DNA of 64,000 bases from a virus (IMGVR_UViG_3300047388_000429:6426-70425); one strand, 5' to 3'; positions 46,586 through 57,474 are shown, counted from the first letter of the stretch. A program made the numbers and translations. The notes: a model not told the origin generated them from the letters alone.

Positions 46586-48535
46586 TCATGTATCATCTGA
46601 TTCTCCTTGATCTGGTGACCTCACCAACTGGGGGTCAGGGGTTCTGCGTGTGTGTGTCGGTGAGGTCGTAACTTTGTCCGCGCCGTCCGTGGCCTTGCGC
46701 GTCGCCGCGTTGAAAACGACTTCGCGCGGGAGATCCGTGGTGAAGATCGGGGCGTTGCCGGTCCGGACCGCCGCGGCGAGGCTGTGGTGGCCGTCGACGA
46801 TCATCCGGTAAAGCTTGCCTTGGTCCACAAATTCTGGGGTGACGTTGACCACGAAATCCCCGTTCTTGATCTTCTCCGCGACCTTCTTCTCATCCAAGTA
46901 CCGCTGGTGGGTGATCAGGCGCGCGCCCTGAAAGGTTCCGGCCGCGGCGTCGAAATCCCCGCAGAGATATCCATCCTCGGCGGTTCCCCCATCGCCGTCG
47001 CCGCCCCCTTCGGGCTCCCCTTCTTCGGCCGCGGGGTCGAACGGTTCATCGATTTCCTCGATCCCGTTGTACCCGCTGTCCTTGTCGGCGATGAGTCTCT
47101 TCCGGCTGTCCACGCCGTCAATGGATCCAGCGGTCGTCAGCGCGACGTCCGTGTCGGCCTTGATCTTGTTGATCTCCGCGAGCTCCTTGGCGGTCGGGCT
47201 GTCCGTGGGGTTCCAGATGATCTCTATGTTGACCGTCGGGGATATCCCGTGACTGCGTTGGCAGAGCTGGGTGTGGCGCTCGACGATCGGCGAGAGCTCG
47301 AGCTCCTGCACGCTCTCGAGGAATTCGTGATAGCTGTCCGAGTCGTAAGTTCCCTCGGAGCCGAGGCCACCCTTCGGGGATTTCCCGAGGAGTTTGGCCT
47401 CGGGCACCTCGGCCTCGGCTGCCACGAGTCCATATTGCGTCATAATCGTCTCGTTGAATTCAGCGAGCGACGTGTCGATCTGGTCGACCTTCTCGTCGGG
47501 GCCCAGAACCTTGAGTCCGAAGTTATTGATCAGCGCCATCCACTCGGTGAGCTTCGCCTTGAAGACTTCAAGGTTGTTCATCGCCTTTGTCGTGTCAGTG
47601 GTCAGGGTCAGCAGGCGCTTGGTCATCGCCAGCAGCGGGGCCTCGTTGGCCGTCCGCTCCGCCGCGTAGACGCGCTCGTATATGAGCTGGGCCGTCGAGA
47701 GCCCGCCATAAAAATATGAGGGCTTCAGGATGTCCGCGAGATCGTTGCCGTTCCGTGAGATCACGAAATGACTGCGGTGGAATTTTTTGCCGTTGATCAT
47801 CCACCACGTCGGGTTATAGAAGTTCTGACTCTGCGGGTTACTCGCGTCATCGAGGTCGAACATCGGGGCCAGCCAGTAAGGGTCGATCTGGGTCATCCCC
47901 TTGTAGGATCCTTCCTTGACGCCATCGATGTTGAACGGCAGCTCGTAGTCTATGCCGTCGACGAGAAAAAGGGTGTGCCGGATCCCGAAGACCCGCGCGA
48001 ACTTGTAGTGCTCGATCAAATTGTTTTTAAGCTTGTATCGCTTGTCGAGCGCCCGCAGTTTGTCGAAAGCATCGGGCGGGACTTCGACATCCTTGTTGAC
48101 CGTCCGCTCGAATCCGTGGCGCACTGCGTCTTGGCCTGGCATCTTGCAGGCCTTGTTGACCAGCCAGTTCTGGGCCAAGATCGCGCAGACCTGCCAGCCG
48201 ATGAACCCTTGATTTGAAAACCACTCGAGGACGTGGATCGGCAGGAATCCCTGATTGCTGGCCGCGAAAGATTTTACTTGCTGGATATTATTATCCATCA
48301 CCTCTTTCATCTGCGAGTCCATGGCGACTGCAGTCCCTCCGGCGGTCACGATCTGTAGATCCGCGTGGGTGCGCAGGAAGCTCTTCTTCATCGCCGCGTC
48401 ATGGCGACGCTGGAGTTCCATTGATGTGGTGAACCCGTCTTTTGCGACGGCCGTGAATCCCTTTGGATTCTCCACGGGCTCGGCCTTGACGTTCTCGGGG
48501 GACTCTGATTTGTTATTGAACGGCCAGAATTTCAT
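46586..48535 (-). CDS. Portal protein (DUF1073-like) with C-terminal ParB-like domain
   Basis: H.S....R, KLLG.SP.G motifs; C-terminal IVDGHHSLAAA. Confidence 0.85.
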   Translation of the reverse strand: MKFWPFNNKSESPENVKAEPVENPKGFTAVAKDGFTTSMELQRRHDAAMKKSFLRTHADLQIVTAGGTAVAMDSQMKEVMDNNIQQVKSFAASNQGFLPIHVLEWFSNQGFIGWQVCAILAQNWLVNKACKMPGQDAVRHGFERTVNKDVEVPPDAFDKLRALDKRYKLKNNLIEHYKFARVFGIRHTLFLVDGIDYELPFNIDGVKEGSYKGMTQIDPYWLAPMFDLDDASNPQSQNFYNPTWWMINGKKFHRSHFVISRNGNDLADILKPSYFYGGLSTAQLIYERVYAAERTANEAPLLAMTKRLLTLTTDTTKAMNNLEVFKAKLTEWMALINNFGLKVLGPDEKVDQIDTSLAEFNETIMTQYGLVAAEAEVPEAKLLGKSPKGGLGSEGTYDSDSYHEFLESVQELELSPIVERHTQLCQRSHGISPTVNIEIIWNPTDSPTAKELAEINKIKADTDVALTTAGSIDGVDSRKRLIADKDSGYNGIEEIDEPFDPAAEEGEPEGGGDGDGGTAEDGYLCGDFDAAAGTFQGARLITHQRYLDEKKVAEKIKNGDFVVNVTPEFVDQGKLYRMIVDGHHSLAAAVRTGNAPIFTTDLPREVVFNAATRKATDGADKVTTSPTHTRRTPDPQLVRSPDQGESDDT

Positions 48536-48644
48536 TTGTAGACCACGACTAAACCGGCGATGAAGAACATGAACAGAAGAGTCCCGATATACCAGTATGG
48601 AAAAAACTTTACAGCGCGGTCATCGGAAACGGATTTCTTCTTCT

Positions 48645-49889
48645 TCACATGAACCACCCATTTTTCTTCTTGATCAGGGGAGCAAGCGCGTATCGGCAGG
48701 CGTCGATCCCGTGGTCATATTTTGATATTATGTCCGGAAGCACATCGCGTGTCAATCTGTCGATCTTATACCGGTACGATCTCATTTCCTGAATAAGGTT
48801 AACGCAGCGCGGGTGGATCACGATATTGTAGCTCTTCATGATCGTGATCCCGTCCTCGACGCTCCCGCTCCATTTCTCTGCGGCCTCGATGTCGAACCCG
48901 CGGGCCTTGAGGTGCGCGATCGTCTCCGGCCGCGAGCAGTCGGCGCGTATTTTGTATCTCCGCGAGTCCGGAATCTTATCGTACATCTTCGGCATGTCGT
49001 CGAGCATGACGCCAATACCATATTCTTCATATTCGATGTAGAGATTCCTGTCCTTGATCCAGACCTTGACCAGCGTGTTCGGGTCCTGCGAGAACCCGAA
49101 GTCGGCCCCGAAGTACGGGCCATCCCAGTCCGGCTCGGGGGTAAAGCTCTCGACGCGATAACAGCCGGAGAAGATGATCGCGTCCGTGCGCCCGACCTCG
49201 ACTCCCATGTAGACGTGGGCGTGCTTCTCCGGCCGGTCTTTCTCCATGGCCGCCGCGTCCTTCAGGAATTGCGGGCCCAGCCATTCCGGCGGCGACTGCT
49301 TGTAATTGCTCTGGTGGACCAGCCGCGAGGGGTCGACGCGACGCGCCTCCTCGTTGATCCACGCGAAGGGCTCGGCCGGCGGGTTGTAGGTCACGAATTC
49401 CGTGAACACGGTGCCCCCACGGAGAACCGAGATCCGGACGCTCTCCATTTCCTCGAGATCCGTGTACTCCGCCCCTTCCTCGAACCACAGATATTTCAAA
49501 TACCCCTTTTTGGTCTTCACGGATTTCATCTTCTGCGCGTCGTCGAGGCCGCGGAGCATGATCTTCTGGCCGGTCGGCAGATACGTGATCTCGTCGTCGC
49601 TCTTGTGGGTCTTGAAGAACAAGGACCATCCGAGCTTGTCTATCGCCCACTCGAAGGTCGGGCGCACACTGTCCTTCAGGGACGCCGCGGTCTTTCTGAA
49701 AGCGATGCCGTTCGCCAGCGGGTCCTCGACTATCCCCTTCACGATCTCGATGGCCGTGAACGAGGACTTCAAGGACCCACGGCCGCCGCGCAGCCAGAAC
49801 GAAGAATAGACGTTAGCGCGTATCGCGTTGTGGACCCCGTAAAACGCGGGACCGATCAGGTCCGTGAGCTGGACACCATCACTCGACAT
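48645..49889 (-). CDS. terL: Terminase large subunit (PBSX-type)
   Basis: GGRGSLKS, WFEE, TYNP, DFGFSQDP, DH.IDA.RY. Confidence 0.93.
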   Translation of the reverse strand: MSSDGVQLTDLIGPAFYGVHNAIRANVYSSFWLRGGRGSLKSSFTAIEIVKGIVEDPLANGIAFRKTAASLKDSVRPTFEWAIDKLGWSLFFKTHKSDDEITYLPTGQKIMLRGLDDAQKMKSVKTKKGYLKYLWFEEGAEYTDLEEMESVRISVLRGGTVFTEFVTYNPPAEPFAWINEEARRVDPSRLVHQSNYKQSPPEWLGPQFLKDAAAMEKDRPEKHAHVYMGVEVGRTDAIIFSGCYRVESFTPEPDWDGPYFGADFGFSQDPNTLVKVWIKDRNLYIEYEEYGIGVMLDDMPKMYDKIPDSRRYKIRADCSRPETIAHLKARGFDIEAAEKWSGSVEDGITIMKSYNIVIHPRCVNLIQEMRSYRYKIDRLTRDVLPDIISKYDHGIDACRYALAPLIKKKNGWFM

Positions 49890-50283
49890 CGATCACCGCC
49901 GGAAGCGGAGCAGGGACGTCAATTATTTTTTGATCGGCCGGTATGTTGTCGATGACGACGACGCTCGGGAGCGCCGATGCGACGCCGCCGGTGTCGTCGC
50001 TGAATTTGAATTTCCGCTCCATGTACCGGTTGATCGTCAGGCTGTCACCGGCCTTGACGAGCTTCATCCAGCCCTTGAGGACCTCGGCGTCGACGATGGT
50101 CTCCGCGTTCTCGAGTTCGCGCGCGTAATGCTTATAGAGCGTGGGCTTCGTGATATTCAGGGCCGCGCAGATCCGGTGATGAGGGATCCGGAACGCCGAG
50201 AGCATGGTCACGGCCCCGCGCGTTCCCTCATTTGGAATGTGCGCGTTCCCGTGTTTTTTGTTCTGCTCTTCTTCATCCTGCAC
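49879..50283 (-). CDS. terS: Terminase small subunit
   Basis: HTH (ITKPTLYKHY..EL) overlapping the terL start. Confidence 0.75.
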   Translation of the reverse strand: MQDEEEQNKKHGNAHIPNEGTRGAVTMLSAFRIPHHRICAALNITKPTLYKHYARELENAETIVDAEVLKGWMKLVKAGDSLTINRYMERKFKFSDDTGGVASALPSVVVIDNIPADQKIIDVPAPLPAVIDVE

Positions 50284-50285
50284 GT

Positions 50286-51867
50286 CTACGCTCCGGCCTC
50301 TACGATTTGATTCTTGACCGCCAATCCTTTGTTGTACGCGCGGACGAGGACGGCGACCATCCCGCGGGCTGTCGAGTCCGCCTGGCTCCCGTAATTCGGA
50401 TCGCAGGCGCGGCGCTTGAACAGCGCATGATTGTTTTTAAGGATTTCGGCGCGACGAGTCGTATCTTTGAACCTGAACTCGTTTTCGTTCATGTCACCTG
50501 ACCACACACAGATCGGCCACGGTTTTCAGGAGCGCCGCCGTGATCATCCCGAAATACTTGTTTCCCGCGGCGTCCACGAATTGAATGTCCACGGTGTCGT
50601 TGCCCGCACAGGTCCCGTTGCGGACGATCACCGCTTTTTGTAGCGACACTTCGCTGAACCCTTCTCCGCCGCGGGTTCCGTTCCGGTAATCCGGTGCGAC
50701 CTCGGAGCTCTCGCAGATCTGGATGTCGATGCAGTTCGTTCCCATGTTATTCCTTCTCGCCGCTGAGTTCGCTGATCTTTTGACGGAGATCCACGTTCTC
50801 TGATTCATAGACACCGTTTTCGGTCTTAAGGTCCTCACATGATTTACGGAGGTCCGTGTTCTCCTGCGTCAGCTTGGCCTCCGTGGCCTCGAGGTCGGCG
50901 ACCTGCTTCTTCAGAGCAGCGAGTTCTTCCTGCAGGACCGTCGATTGTTTTTCCGGTCCGGCGCTCGCGCTTTGAATCATGGCGCTGCAAATAATATGCT
51001 CAGGCGTTCCGGCGCTGAATTTGTTTAGGCCGGCTTGAGCCAAGTGGACGGCAGCGTTCATGTCGATTTTTTTAGTCATGTTATTTTCCCTTCTAGGTTT
51101 ACAGTAAATAATTCAGCACATTGTGCAGACATCGGTTTGCTTTTTTCTTTCTGGGCGTTTGCCAAGACTTCAAGAGCATCCGCGAGGCGCCCGACGTTTT
51201 TGGTCAGCGAAAATATTTCGGTGAGCGCCGCCTTAAGAAGTGGCTTATCCGCTTCAGGTTGATCGCTGATAAGATAATAAATGAATTTATCAGTTTCCGT
51301 GAATTCAGTCATAATCACCTCTTTAGGTAAGCGGCTTCGAGATTGCTGATGCCGTCGAGCACCTTTTTGATCGTCGCTCGGTTACATTTGTCGAATTCAT
51401 AATAATTGTAGCCACATAGTTTGCGCAAACGCCGATTCCAAGAGTGCCAGCCTATCCGACATAGAAATTTCATTTTATCTCCACGCATGAATACGTTATT
51501 TCTCCGCCCATGATATCAGGGAGCGCTTCTTTGGCGGCGATGATGCCCGCTGAAAGACAGGTCGGCTGTGACTTGAAATCAGGAACCTGTGTAATAGCTA
51601 CGCCCGTATGAGTGGTTACGACAAGGATCAAGGTCCAATGGATCATTTCTGCCCCCGCAGGTGGCCGTTATAACGCTTCGGAAGCTGATAAACGTCGGCG
51701 CGAACCGGCTCCGGCGGCCGTTTTATCTCGGGGGCGGTCGCTAAAACCCTAAAAATGCCGTTTTCTCGATAAAAAACGGCCGTAAAATCGGATCCACGCG
51801 CGAAATCCGCGGATATTGTCGGTATTCTTGCCGATTCTTCGATGCAATTCCCTGTTATTTTGCTCAT
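50286..51867 (-). other. Small hypothetical genes (50286..50507, 50494..50745, 50747..51079, 51076..51318, 51643..51867 and shorter ones)
   Basis: Co-oriented, coupled ORFs. Confidence 0.55.
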
Positions 51868-52152
51868 ACTGCGGTCTCCGCCGTGAATGGCGCGCCGGAT
51901 ACGGCGTGGACCGCGCGCTCGCCGGTCAGCTTCTCCCAGCGGGAGACGATGATATCCACATAAGCGGGGTTGAGCTCGCAGCCGTAACAGACGCGTCCCG
52001 AGGTCTCGGCGGCGATGACCGTGGTGCCGGATCCCAAAAACGGGTCGTAGACGAGCGCGCCAGGCTCCGAGTTATTGAGCATCGGGATCCGCATGCAGTC
52101 GACGGGCTTTTGGGTGCTGTGGCCGGTCTCGCTCTTCTGCGACTCGCCGGTC
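51864..52152 (-). pseudogene. Orphan C-terminal fragment of a DNA methyltransferase
   Basis: HSTQKP...DPFLGSGTT...GCEL.P.Y; no motif IV and no start of its own. Confidence 0.75.
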
Positions 52153-52596
52153 TTAGATTGTTTGGAGAAATTTATCGAACGAGAAATCGTCGATGTATGG
52201 GGCGATGTATCCAGAATTTTGTTTGTAAGTGCAGCGGCGATCACGGAGAATGATCGTCTTAGCCACTTCTTTTTTGAACGGCACATAGGCGACTTGTTTT
52301 GTGTCCAGCGCAACGAGCGCAAATCCATCGAATTCGCCGACCTCATAATTCCGCTCGCCTTTCTTTCCGGCACGCCGAACATGGAACAGATAAGTTGGTG
52401 TCCTATATGTGAGATTGATGTGGCGTGGTTGAAGCGTGGCTTTGACCTGAAAACGGAATAACCGTCTTTCAGTATCAACGACAAGATCGTAATTACATCC
52501 TTGATCTGTGAGAAAGCATTTGCGTTTCTGCAGAATGAGATCGGCCATGACGATAAATTCACCGGCGCGCCCGATATTGAGTTCGTGACTTTCCAT
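52153..52596 (-). CDS. PD-(D/E)XK homing-type endonuclease
   Basis: GRAGE, YDLVVD, FQVKAT motifs. Confidence 0.8.
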   Translation of the reverse strand: MESHELNIGRAGEFIVMADLILQKRKCFLTDQGCNYDLVVDTERRLFRFQVKATLQPRHINLTYRTPTYLFHVRRAGKKGERNYEVGEFDGFALVALDTKQVAYVPFKKEVAKTIILRDRRCTYKQNSGYIAPYIDDFSFDKFLQTI

Positions 52597-52627
52597 GATT
52601 TAATGGTTACATGGGACGTAATCATTG

Positions 52628-53806
52628 TCAAGCAGACTCCTTCCAAGGTAATCCGGTTACGACATGAAATGCTTCTTTTCCGGTCAGAGCCATCCAGCGT
52701 TTGATGATCACATCGCAGTAATGCGGCACAAGCTCTATTATCCGGCATTGGCGATTCATCTTCTCGCAAGCGATAAGAGTTGATCCGCTGCCGCCGAACA
52801 TATCGAGAATGATATTGCAATCCTCGCCATATTTTTCGATACACCACTCAGCGAGAGCCACAGGTTTCTGTGTGGGATGGACACGTTTTTCTCCGTGTTC
52901 GGATTTTTTAAGCATCCCCATCCATTGATGTCTGAAAATTCTGACCGCCGATTTTTGATTCGTCCAGGCAAGCTCGGCGTCAGCAAAATCAGTCGTGCTG
53001 TTTTCTTTGTCCCAGACAACCCAGCAATTGCTATCCGGTAAGTGACTGGCGTAATAATTGCCACCCCAGATTATTTCTGTTTTTGCCCGGAGCGTCTTAA
53101 TCACATGGATGGCCTCGACAGCGACATCAACGGAATCATCTCCAGCCACTGGCGCATACGTTCCGGTTTTGGCTAGTTTTCCGGTGCCAATTTTCCCTCG
53201 TTTTGAAACTATACTAATTCCGTAAGGTAGGTCTGTGTAAACCATATCCACTTTGTCACCGGCCAATAATTTCTCAACATCGGTCACCGATGTCGAATCC
53301 CCGCAGGCCACACGATGGGCCCCGAGTTGCCAGATGTCCCCCAGCACGGAGACGGGCACAACGGGCGGCTCCGGTAGATCATCCTCGGCGACCTCTGCGG
53401 TCCCGAGTCCGCTTATTTTCCCGATTTCTAAACCGGTGAAGCCGGTTAAATCCATGTTGAACCCCATGGCCGCGATTCCCGACAATTCGGCGGCCAGAAT
53501 ATCGTCGTCCCATTCCGCATCAAGAGCTGAACGGTTGTCCCAGATCACTAAAGCCCTTTTCTGAACTTCAGTAAGTCCTGATATCCGAACGGCCGGCGCA
53601 ATAGGAATTTCGGCTTTAATCGCCGCCTTCTGGCGCGCGTGTCCGGCGAGAATCATATCGTTCTCATCGATGATGATAGGGGCTGTCCAACCGTATTCTT
53701 TGATTCCGCGCACAAGCTTGTCGATCTGCTCATCGCTGTGCTTGCGGCTGTTCTTGTCATATGGTTTTAAAGTATTAACGTAAACTTCACAGTTCTCGCG
53801 GTTCAT
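52628..53806 (-). CDS. ParB-N-domain DNA methyltransferase
   Basis: ILAGHAR ParB motif; DLPY; HPTQKP; DMFGGSGST. Confidence 0.88.
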   Translation of the reverse strand: MNRENCEVYVNTLKPYDKNSRKHSDEQIDKLVRGIKEYGWTAPIIIDENDMILAGHARQKAAIKAEIPIAPAVRISGLTEVQKRALVIWDNRSALDAEWDDDILAAELSGIAAMGFNMDLTGFTGLEIGKISGLGTAEVAEDDLPEPPVVPVSVLGDIWQLGAHRVACGDSTSVTDVEKLLAGDKVDMVYTDLPYGISIVSKRGKIGTGKLAKTGTYAPVAGDDSVDVAVEAIHVIKTLRAKTEIIWGGNYYASHLPDSNCWVVWDKENSTTDFADAELAWTNQKSAVRIFRHQWMGMLKKSEHGEKRVHPTQKPVALAEWCIEKYGEDCNIILDMFGGSGSTLIACEKMNRQCRIIELVPHYCDVIIKRWMALTGKEAFHVVTGLPWKESA

Positions 53807-54107
53807 TTTTATCCTCCATAGCTCGTCTGTTTTCTTGCCTCGTCTTGCCCCCTAATCGCCCCGCACAGCGATTGCACATCTCGCTCTTGCTATCCTTGCG
53901 CACCAGTTTTTGTTTACCGCACCCAGCGCAGATTATAGGCTTTTTAGGGCGTATTTTGGGAATGGTTAACCGTTTGGCCATGAGAATTATCCTTCAATTA
54001 TTGATTATGCACGATTTTATTTTTCTGTCTGCAAAAATCGTTTACCGAACGGTTAAGGAATAAATGGAGATTATGGGATAGTGCGCATTGTCTAATATTT
54101 ATGTAAC

Positions 54108-54400
54108 ATTTCGACACGCATTCGACACCTCTTTCGACATACTAAGTATTTGATTTAATTTAACGATTAAGAGAATGTCGAAATGTCGAAGCTTTTTTCG
54201 CACCACAAGAGCTATGAATACGTAGAAATGTAATAACATAAATACAGATTTTTATCTTTTCTCATGTATATATATATTTCTTTAGACATATTAGACAATA
54301 CAACAAGAGAGCAGGTAAGTATTTTAAATCACTAAGAAAAAGATGTCGAAAAAGATGTCGAAACTAATAGCATAATCATTCGACATTTTCGACATTTTGT
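54108..54400. repeat. Iteron-like TCGACA/TGTCGA repeats in an AT-rich spacer; candidate replication origin
   Basis: Nine exact plus two degenerate (TAGACA) copies in both orientations, next to the helicase-like gene. Confidence 0.65.
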
Positions 54401-54485
54401 CCCTTGACCACTATCAAATTCAATTTATACTGATCCTTGTTGATCGCCGTCAAAGCCAGTTCTTGGCAAAAATAGTGGGTTTTAA

Positions 54486-56354
54486 GTGTCAGATTCGAAT
54501 CAAGATGGTGCTGCGCAAGCAAGCATCGATCCAGACCGGACGCCTTTTGCAGCGCAACCCGCCGCAGATGACGATCAACACCGGTCTGGATCACCTTTTG
54601 GGGATGGCTGGGAACTCGACTACGGGCCCGCCGAAGAAGTAATTATAGAAAAAACGGACTGGCCTTTCAAATGTCTGGGATACGACCATGGCCAATATTA
54701 TTTTTTATCCAAAGCCTCAAATCAGATCCTGCACTTTCCGGCATCTGGGCTCGTCAAAGCAAATTTGCGCTCAATAGCGCCGCTGGAATGGTGGTACGAG
54801 TTTTTTCCAAAGAAGGATAAAAAGAAGAACGATAAGGGCGAACTCGAGGATGTCGTAGTCGGCATCAACTGGGACCAGGCCGTCAATGATATTCTGGATA
54901 AATCCCATAAGGCAGGAGTATTCCACGCCGACAACAGACAACGCGGATGCGGGGTCTGGGCTGAAAAACGGGGTCCCCTTATCCATTGCGGAAATAAGCT
55001 GATATACCTCGGCCAAGAATATACGGCATTCGATTATGAGTCCCATTTCATCTATGAGGCGGCACCCCCACGATTCAGGATCGCCGCCAAAGGATTGACC
55101 ACCGAAGAATCGCGGCTGCTCTATAAAATTTGCACCGAGGCTTCGTGGAAGGACCCCAAGAGCGGGAAGATCCTTGCCGGATGGATCGTCGCCTCGATCG
55201 TGGGTGGCTGCCTGAAATGGCGTCCCCATATCTGGATCATGGGCGAAAAAGGAAGCGGCAAGAGCTGGATAATCACGGATGTCCTTACCAAGGTTTTTGG
55301 AAATCTCGCTTTTTTCCTCGGGGCCGGAAGCACAGAGGCGGGGATCCGCCAGAGCCTGCAGCACGACTGCCTTCCGGTGATCATGGATGAAATGGAGGGC
55401 GAGAGTCTCAAGGATAGCGAGATCCTTCAATCCATCATAACAATGTCCAGACGCTCATCGAGCGGCCAACGGATGGCCAAGGGAACCGCCGATGGTATAG
55501 CCCAGAGCTTTACCCTGCAGTCATCATTTTGTTTTGCGTCCATCAACCATTCTATTTCGCAAGGAGCCGACCAAAGCCGGATCAGTATCCTTGAATCACA
55601 AAAAGATGAACGGGATCCCGCGATATTCTCGGCCCTGGATAAATTGGCAACTAAGACCCTGACTCCCGAATATTCGGAACGTCTGCTGCGTCGTGTCATC
55701 GATGATCTGCCTAACATTTTGAAAAACATCACGACTTTCATGGAGGAGATCAGGGAGAAAATGAAGGACGCCCGTGCCTCTCAACAACTGGCACCACTTC
55801 TTGCCGGCATATTCTCTTTACAAAACGGGGGCCTTATTACCAGCGCAGCGGCAAGAAAATGGCTGGATAAAAATGATTTCAAATCCTATACGGCGACCGA
55901 GGCGCAAAAAGATTGCGAGCGCGCCTTTGATTTTCTGATGACCACACGTATCCGTGTAATAGGTGCAAAAAAACAATTTGATGTCCAGATCGGAAAGGCC
56001 ATTTCAGTGGCGCTCGGAACCTCCGATGAAGAAGGATACACGAATAAAGAGGCGCGCGCCGCTCTCGATGCTATTGATATAAAGGTCAGAGAATATGTGT
56101 GGATCAGAAAACCATCCCAGCATATCAGTAAAATTTATAAGAACACGCCATGGGCAATTTCATGGGCAAACTCACTTAGACTCAACGATTTTATAGGTGC
56201 CAGCGAATCATCCTGCAGAATAGGCAGCGGGACCGCACACGTTCTTATAATTGATCCAGCGAAATTTTCTGAGGATATCAAACATTCGATAAAATCTGAG
56301 GAAGAGATAGCTCGGGAAAACTTGGCTAATGAACCAGATATACCTTTTAATTGA
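54486..56354 (+). CDS. Replicative AAA+ helicase/primase-associated protein
   Basis: Walker A GEKGSGKS, Walker B VIMDE, AD.SR; DIPF tail. Confidence 0.75.
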   Translation: MSDSNQDGAAQASIDPDRTPFAAQPAADDDQHRSGSPFGDGWELDYGPAEEVIIEKTDWPFKCLGYDHGQYYFLSKASNQILHFPASGLVKANLRSIAPLEWWYEFFPKKDKKKNDKGELEDVVVGINWDQAVNDILDKSHKAGVFHADNRQRGCGVWAEKRGPLIHCGNKLIYLGQEYTAFDYESHFIYEAAPPRFRIAAKGLTTEESRLLYKICTEASWKDPKSGKILAGWIVASIVGGCLKWRPHIWIMGEKGSGKSWIITDVLTKVFGNLAFFLGAGSTEAGIRQSLQHDCLPVIMDEMEGESLKDSEILQSIITMSRRSSSGQRMAKGTADGIAQSFTLQSSFCFASINHSISQGADQSRISILESQKDERDPAIFSALDKLATKTLTPEYSERLLRRVIDDLPNILKNITTFMEEIREKMKDARASQQLAPLLAGIFSLQNGGLITSAAARKWLDKNDFKSYTATEAQKDCERAFDFLMTTRIRVIGAKKQFDVQIGKAISVALGTSDEEGYTNKEARAALDAIDIKVREYVWIRKPSQHISKIYKNTPWAISWANSLRLNDFIGASESSCRIGSGTAHVLIIDPAKFSEDIKHSIKSEEEIARENLANEPDIPFN

Positions 56355-56376
56355 AAACACAAGAAGGAGAACGAAG

Positions 56377-56586
56377 ATGAAAATTGAAGAAGTTATAGCT
56401 GCTAGTGAACTTATAAAAAATTATAAAGAACTAACCGACTGGGATGGATGTTTAGTCGGCTATCGTCCCGTCATCGAATGGGGTGACTTAAGATTTGAAA
56501 TAACTCAAGAAGAAGCCGATATTCTTTTAAAAAATAGAATCGCTGTCCTTGCGGAGACGCTTAGAAGCAAGGGGGTTGAGGTTTGA
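56377..56586 (+). CDS. Hypothetical protein
   Basis: AAGGAG RBS. Confidence 0.6.
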   Translation: MKIEEVIAASELIKNYKELTDWDGCLVGYRPVIEWGDLRFEITQEEADILLKNRIAVLAETLRSKGVEV

Positions 56587-56620
56587 ATTTATCATCTCTA
56601 TCTATACTTGTTGAGCCCAC

Positions 56621-57463
56621 ATGAATAAAGTGAAACGCCCCACAGTAACAGCCGAAATGGTCGCCCCTATACTGGCGCAAATGGATCCCAAAGAAGGAGA
56701 CACGATAGCGGTCTGGTTTTCATGTGGAGCAGCGAGTGCCGTTGCGCTAAAGAAAACGCAGGAAAGGTATGGAAATCTCTGTTCTATTAGAGCGATAAAT
56801 AATCCAGTGATGGAAGAACATCCCGACAATAGAAGATTTTTAAAGGATGTTTCAAAATGGGTGGGCATAGAAATTGAAGAAGCTAAAAATCCTGAATGGC
56901 CGAACGCCAGTGCAAGAGAAGTCTGGGAAAAACGTAAATTTATGTCAGGTAAGGAAGGCGCTCCATGTACCGGCGCTCTCAAGCGCGAGGCGCGCCATTT
57001 GTGGGAATGCATTAATAAGACCGAATGGCTTGTCATGGGGTTCACAGAAGAAGAAACAAGAGATAGGTATTGGCCTTTTATATTTTTTGAACGGAGAAAC
57101 ACGCTCCCTATTTTACAGGATGCCAGGGTTTCAAAAGCAGACTGTTTTGAAATAGTGGGTGCTGCCGGAATTAAACTTCCTGAAATATATGATCTGGGAT
57201 ATCCGAATGCAAATTGTATCGGGTGCGTAAAGGCATCAAGTCCCGCCTATTGGAATCACGTAAGAAAAATGCATCCCGAGGTTTTTAAAGATCGAGCCGA
57301 GCAATCCAGAAGGCTGGCAACCGGAAATTCCGGATACGGTAATAAGCTTGTCAGATATAAAGGAAAACGTATTTTTCTTGATGAACTACCAGAAGACGCG
57401 GTCGGAAGACCGATGAAAACCATGCAAACAGAATGCGGGATATTTTGTCCAACATTTAAATAA
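56621..57463 (+). CDS. PP-loop/PAPS-reductase-like protein
   Basis: WFSCGAASAVA; NANCIGCVK; ECGIFC. Confidence 0.75.
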   Translation: MNKVKRPTVTAEMVAPILAQMDPKEGDTIAVWFSCGAASAVALKKTQERYGNLCSIRAINNPVMEEHPDNRRFLKDVSKWVGIEIEEAKNPEWPNASAREVWEKRKFMSGKEGAPCTGALKREARHLWECINKTEWLVMGFTEEETRDRYWPFIFFERRNTLPILQDARVSKADCFEIVGAAGIKLPEIYDLGYPNANCIGCVKASSPAYWNHVRKMHPEVFKDRAEQSRRLATGNSGYGNKLVRYKGKRIFLDELPEDAVGRPMKTMQTECGIFCPTFK

Positions 57464-57474
57464 AGGAGAACGAG

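Noticed and set aside
48813-49955. Long antisense ORFs (e.g. 48813..49955, 46784..47719, 42518..43345, 4214..4960)
   Set aside because: Shadow frames of GC-rich genes that have clear motifs on the opposite strand.
52153-52620. Group I intron in the methyltransferase
   Set aside because: The upstream gene is already complete with its own stop, the downstream piece duplicates rather than continues it, and there is no room for an intron core.
51864-52847. 327-aa ORF as a single gene
   Set aside because: Its N-terminal two thirds is an alternative frame over the MTase end and the endonuclease; only the last ~95 codons are MTase-like.
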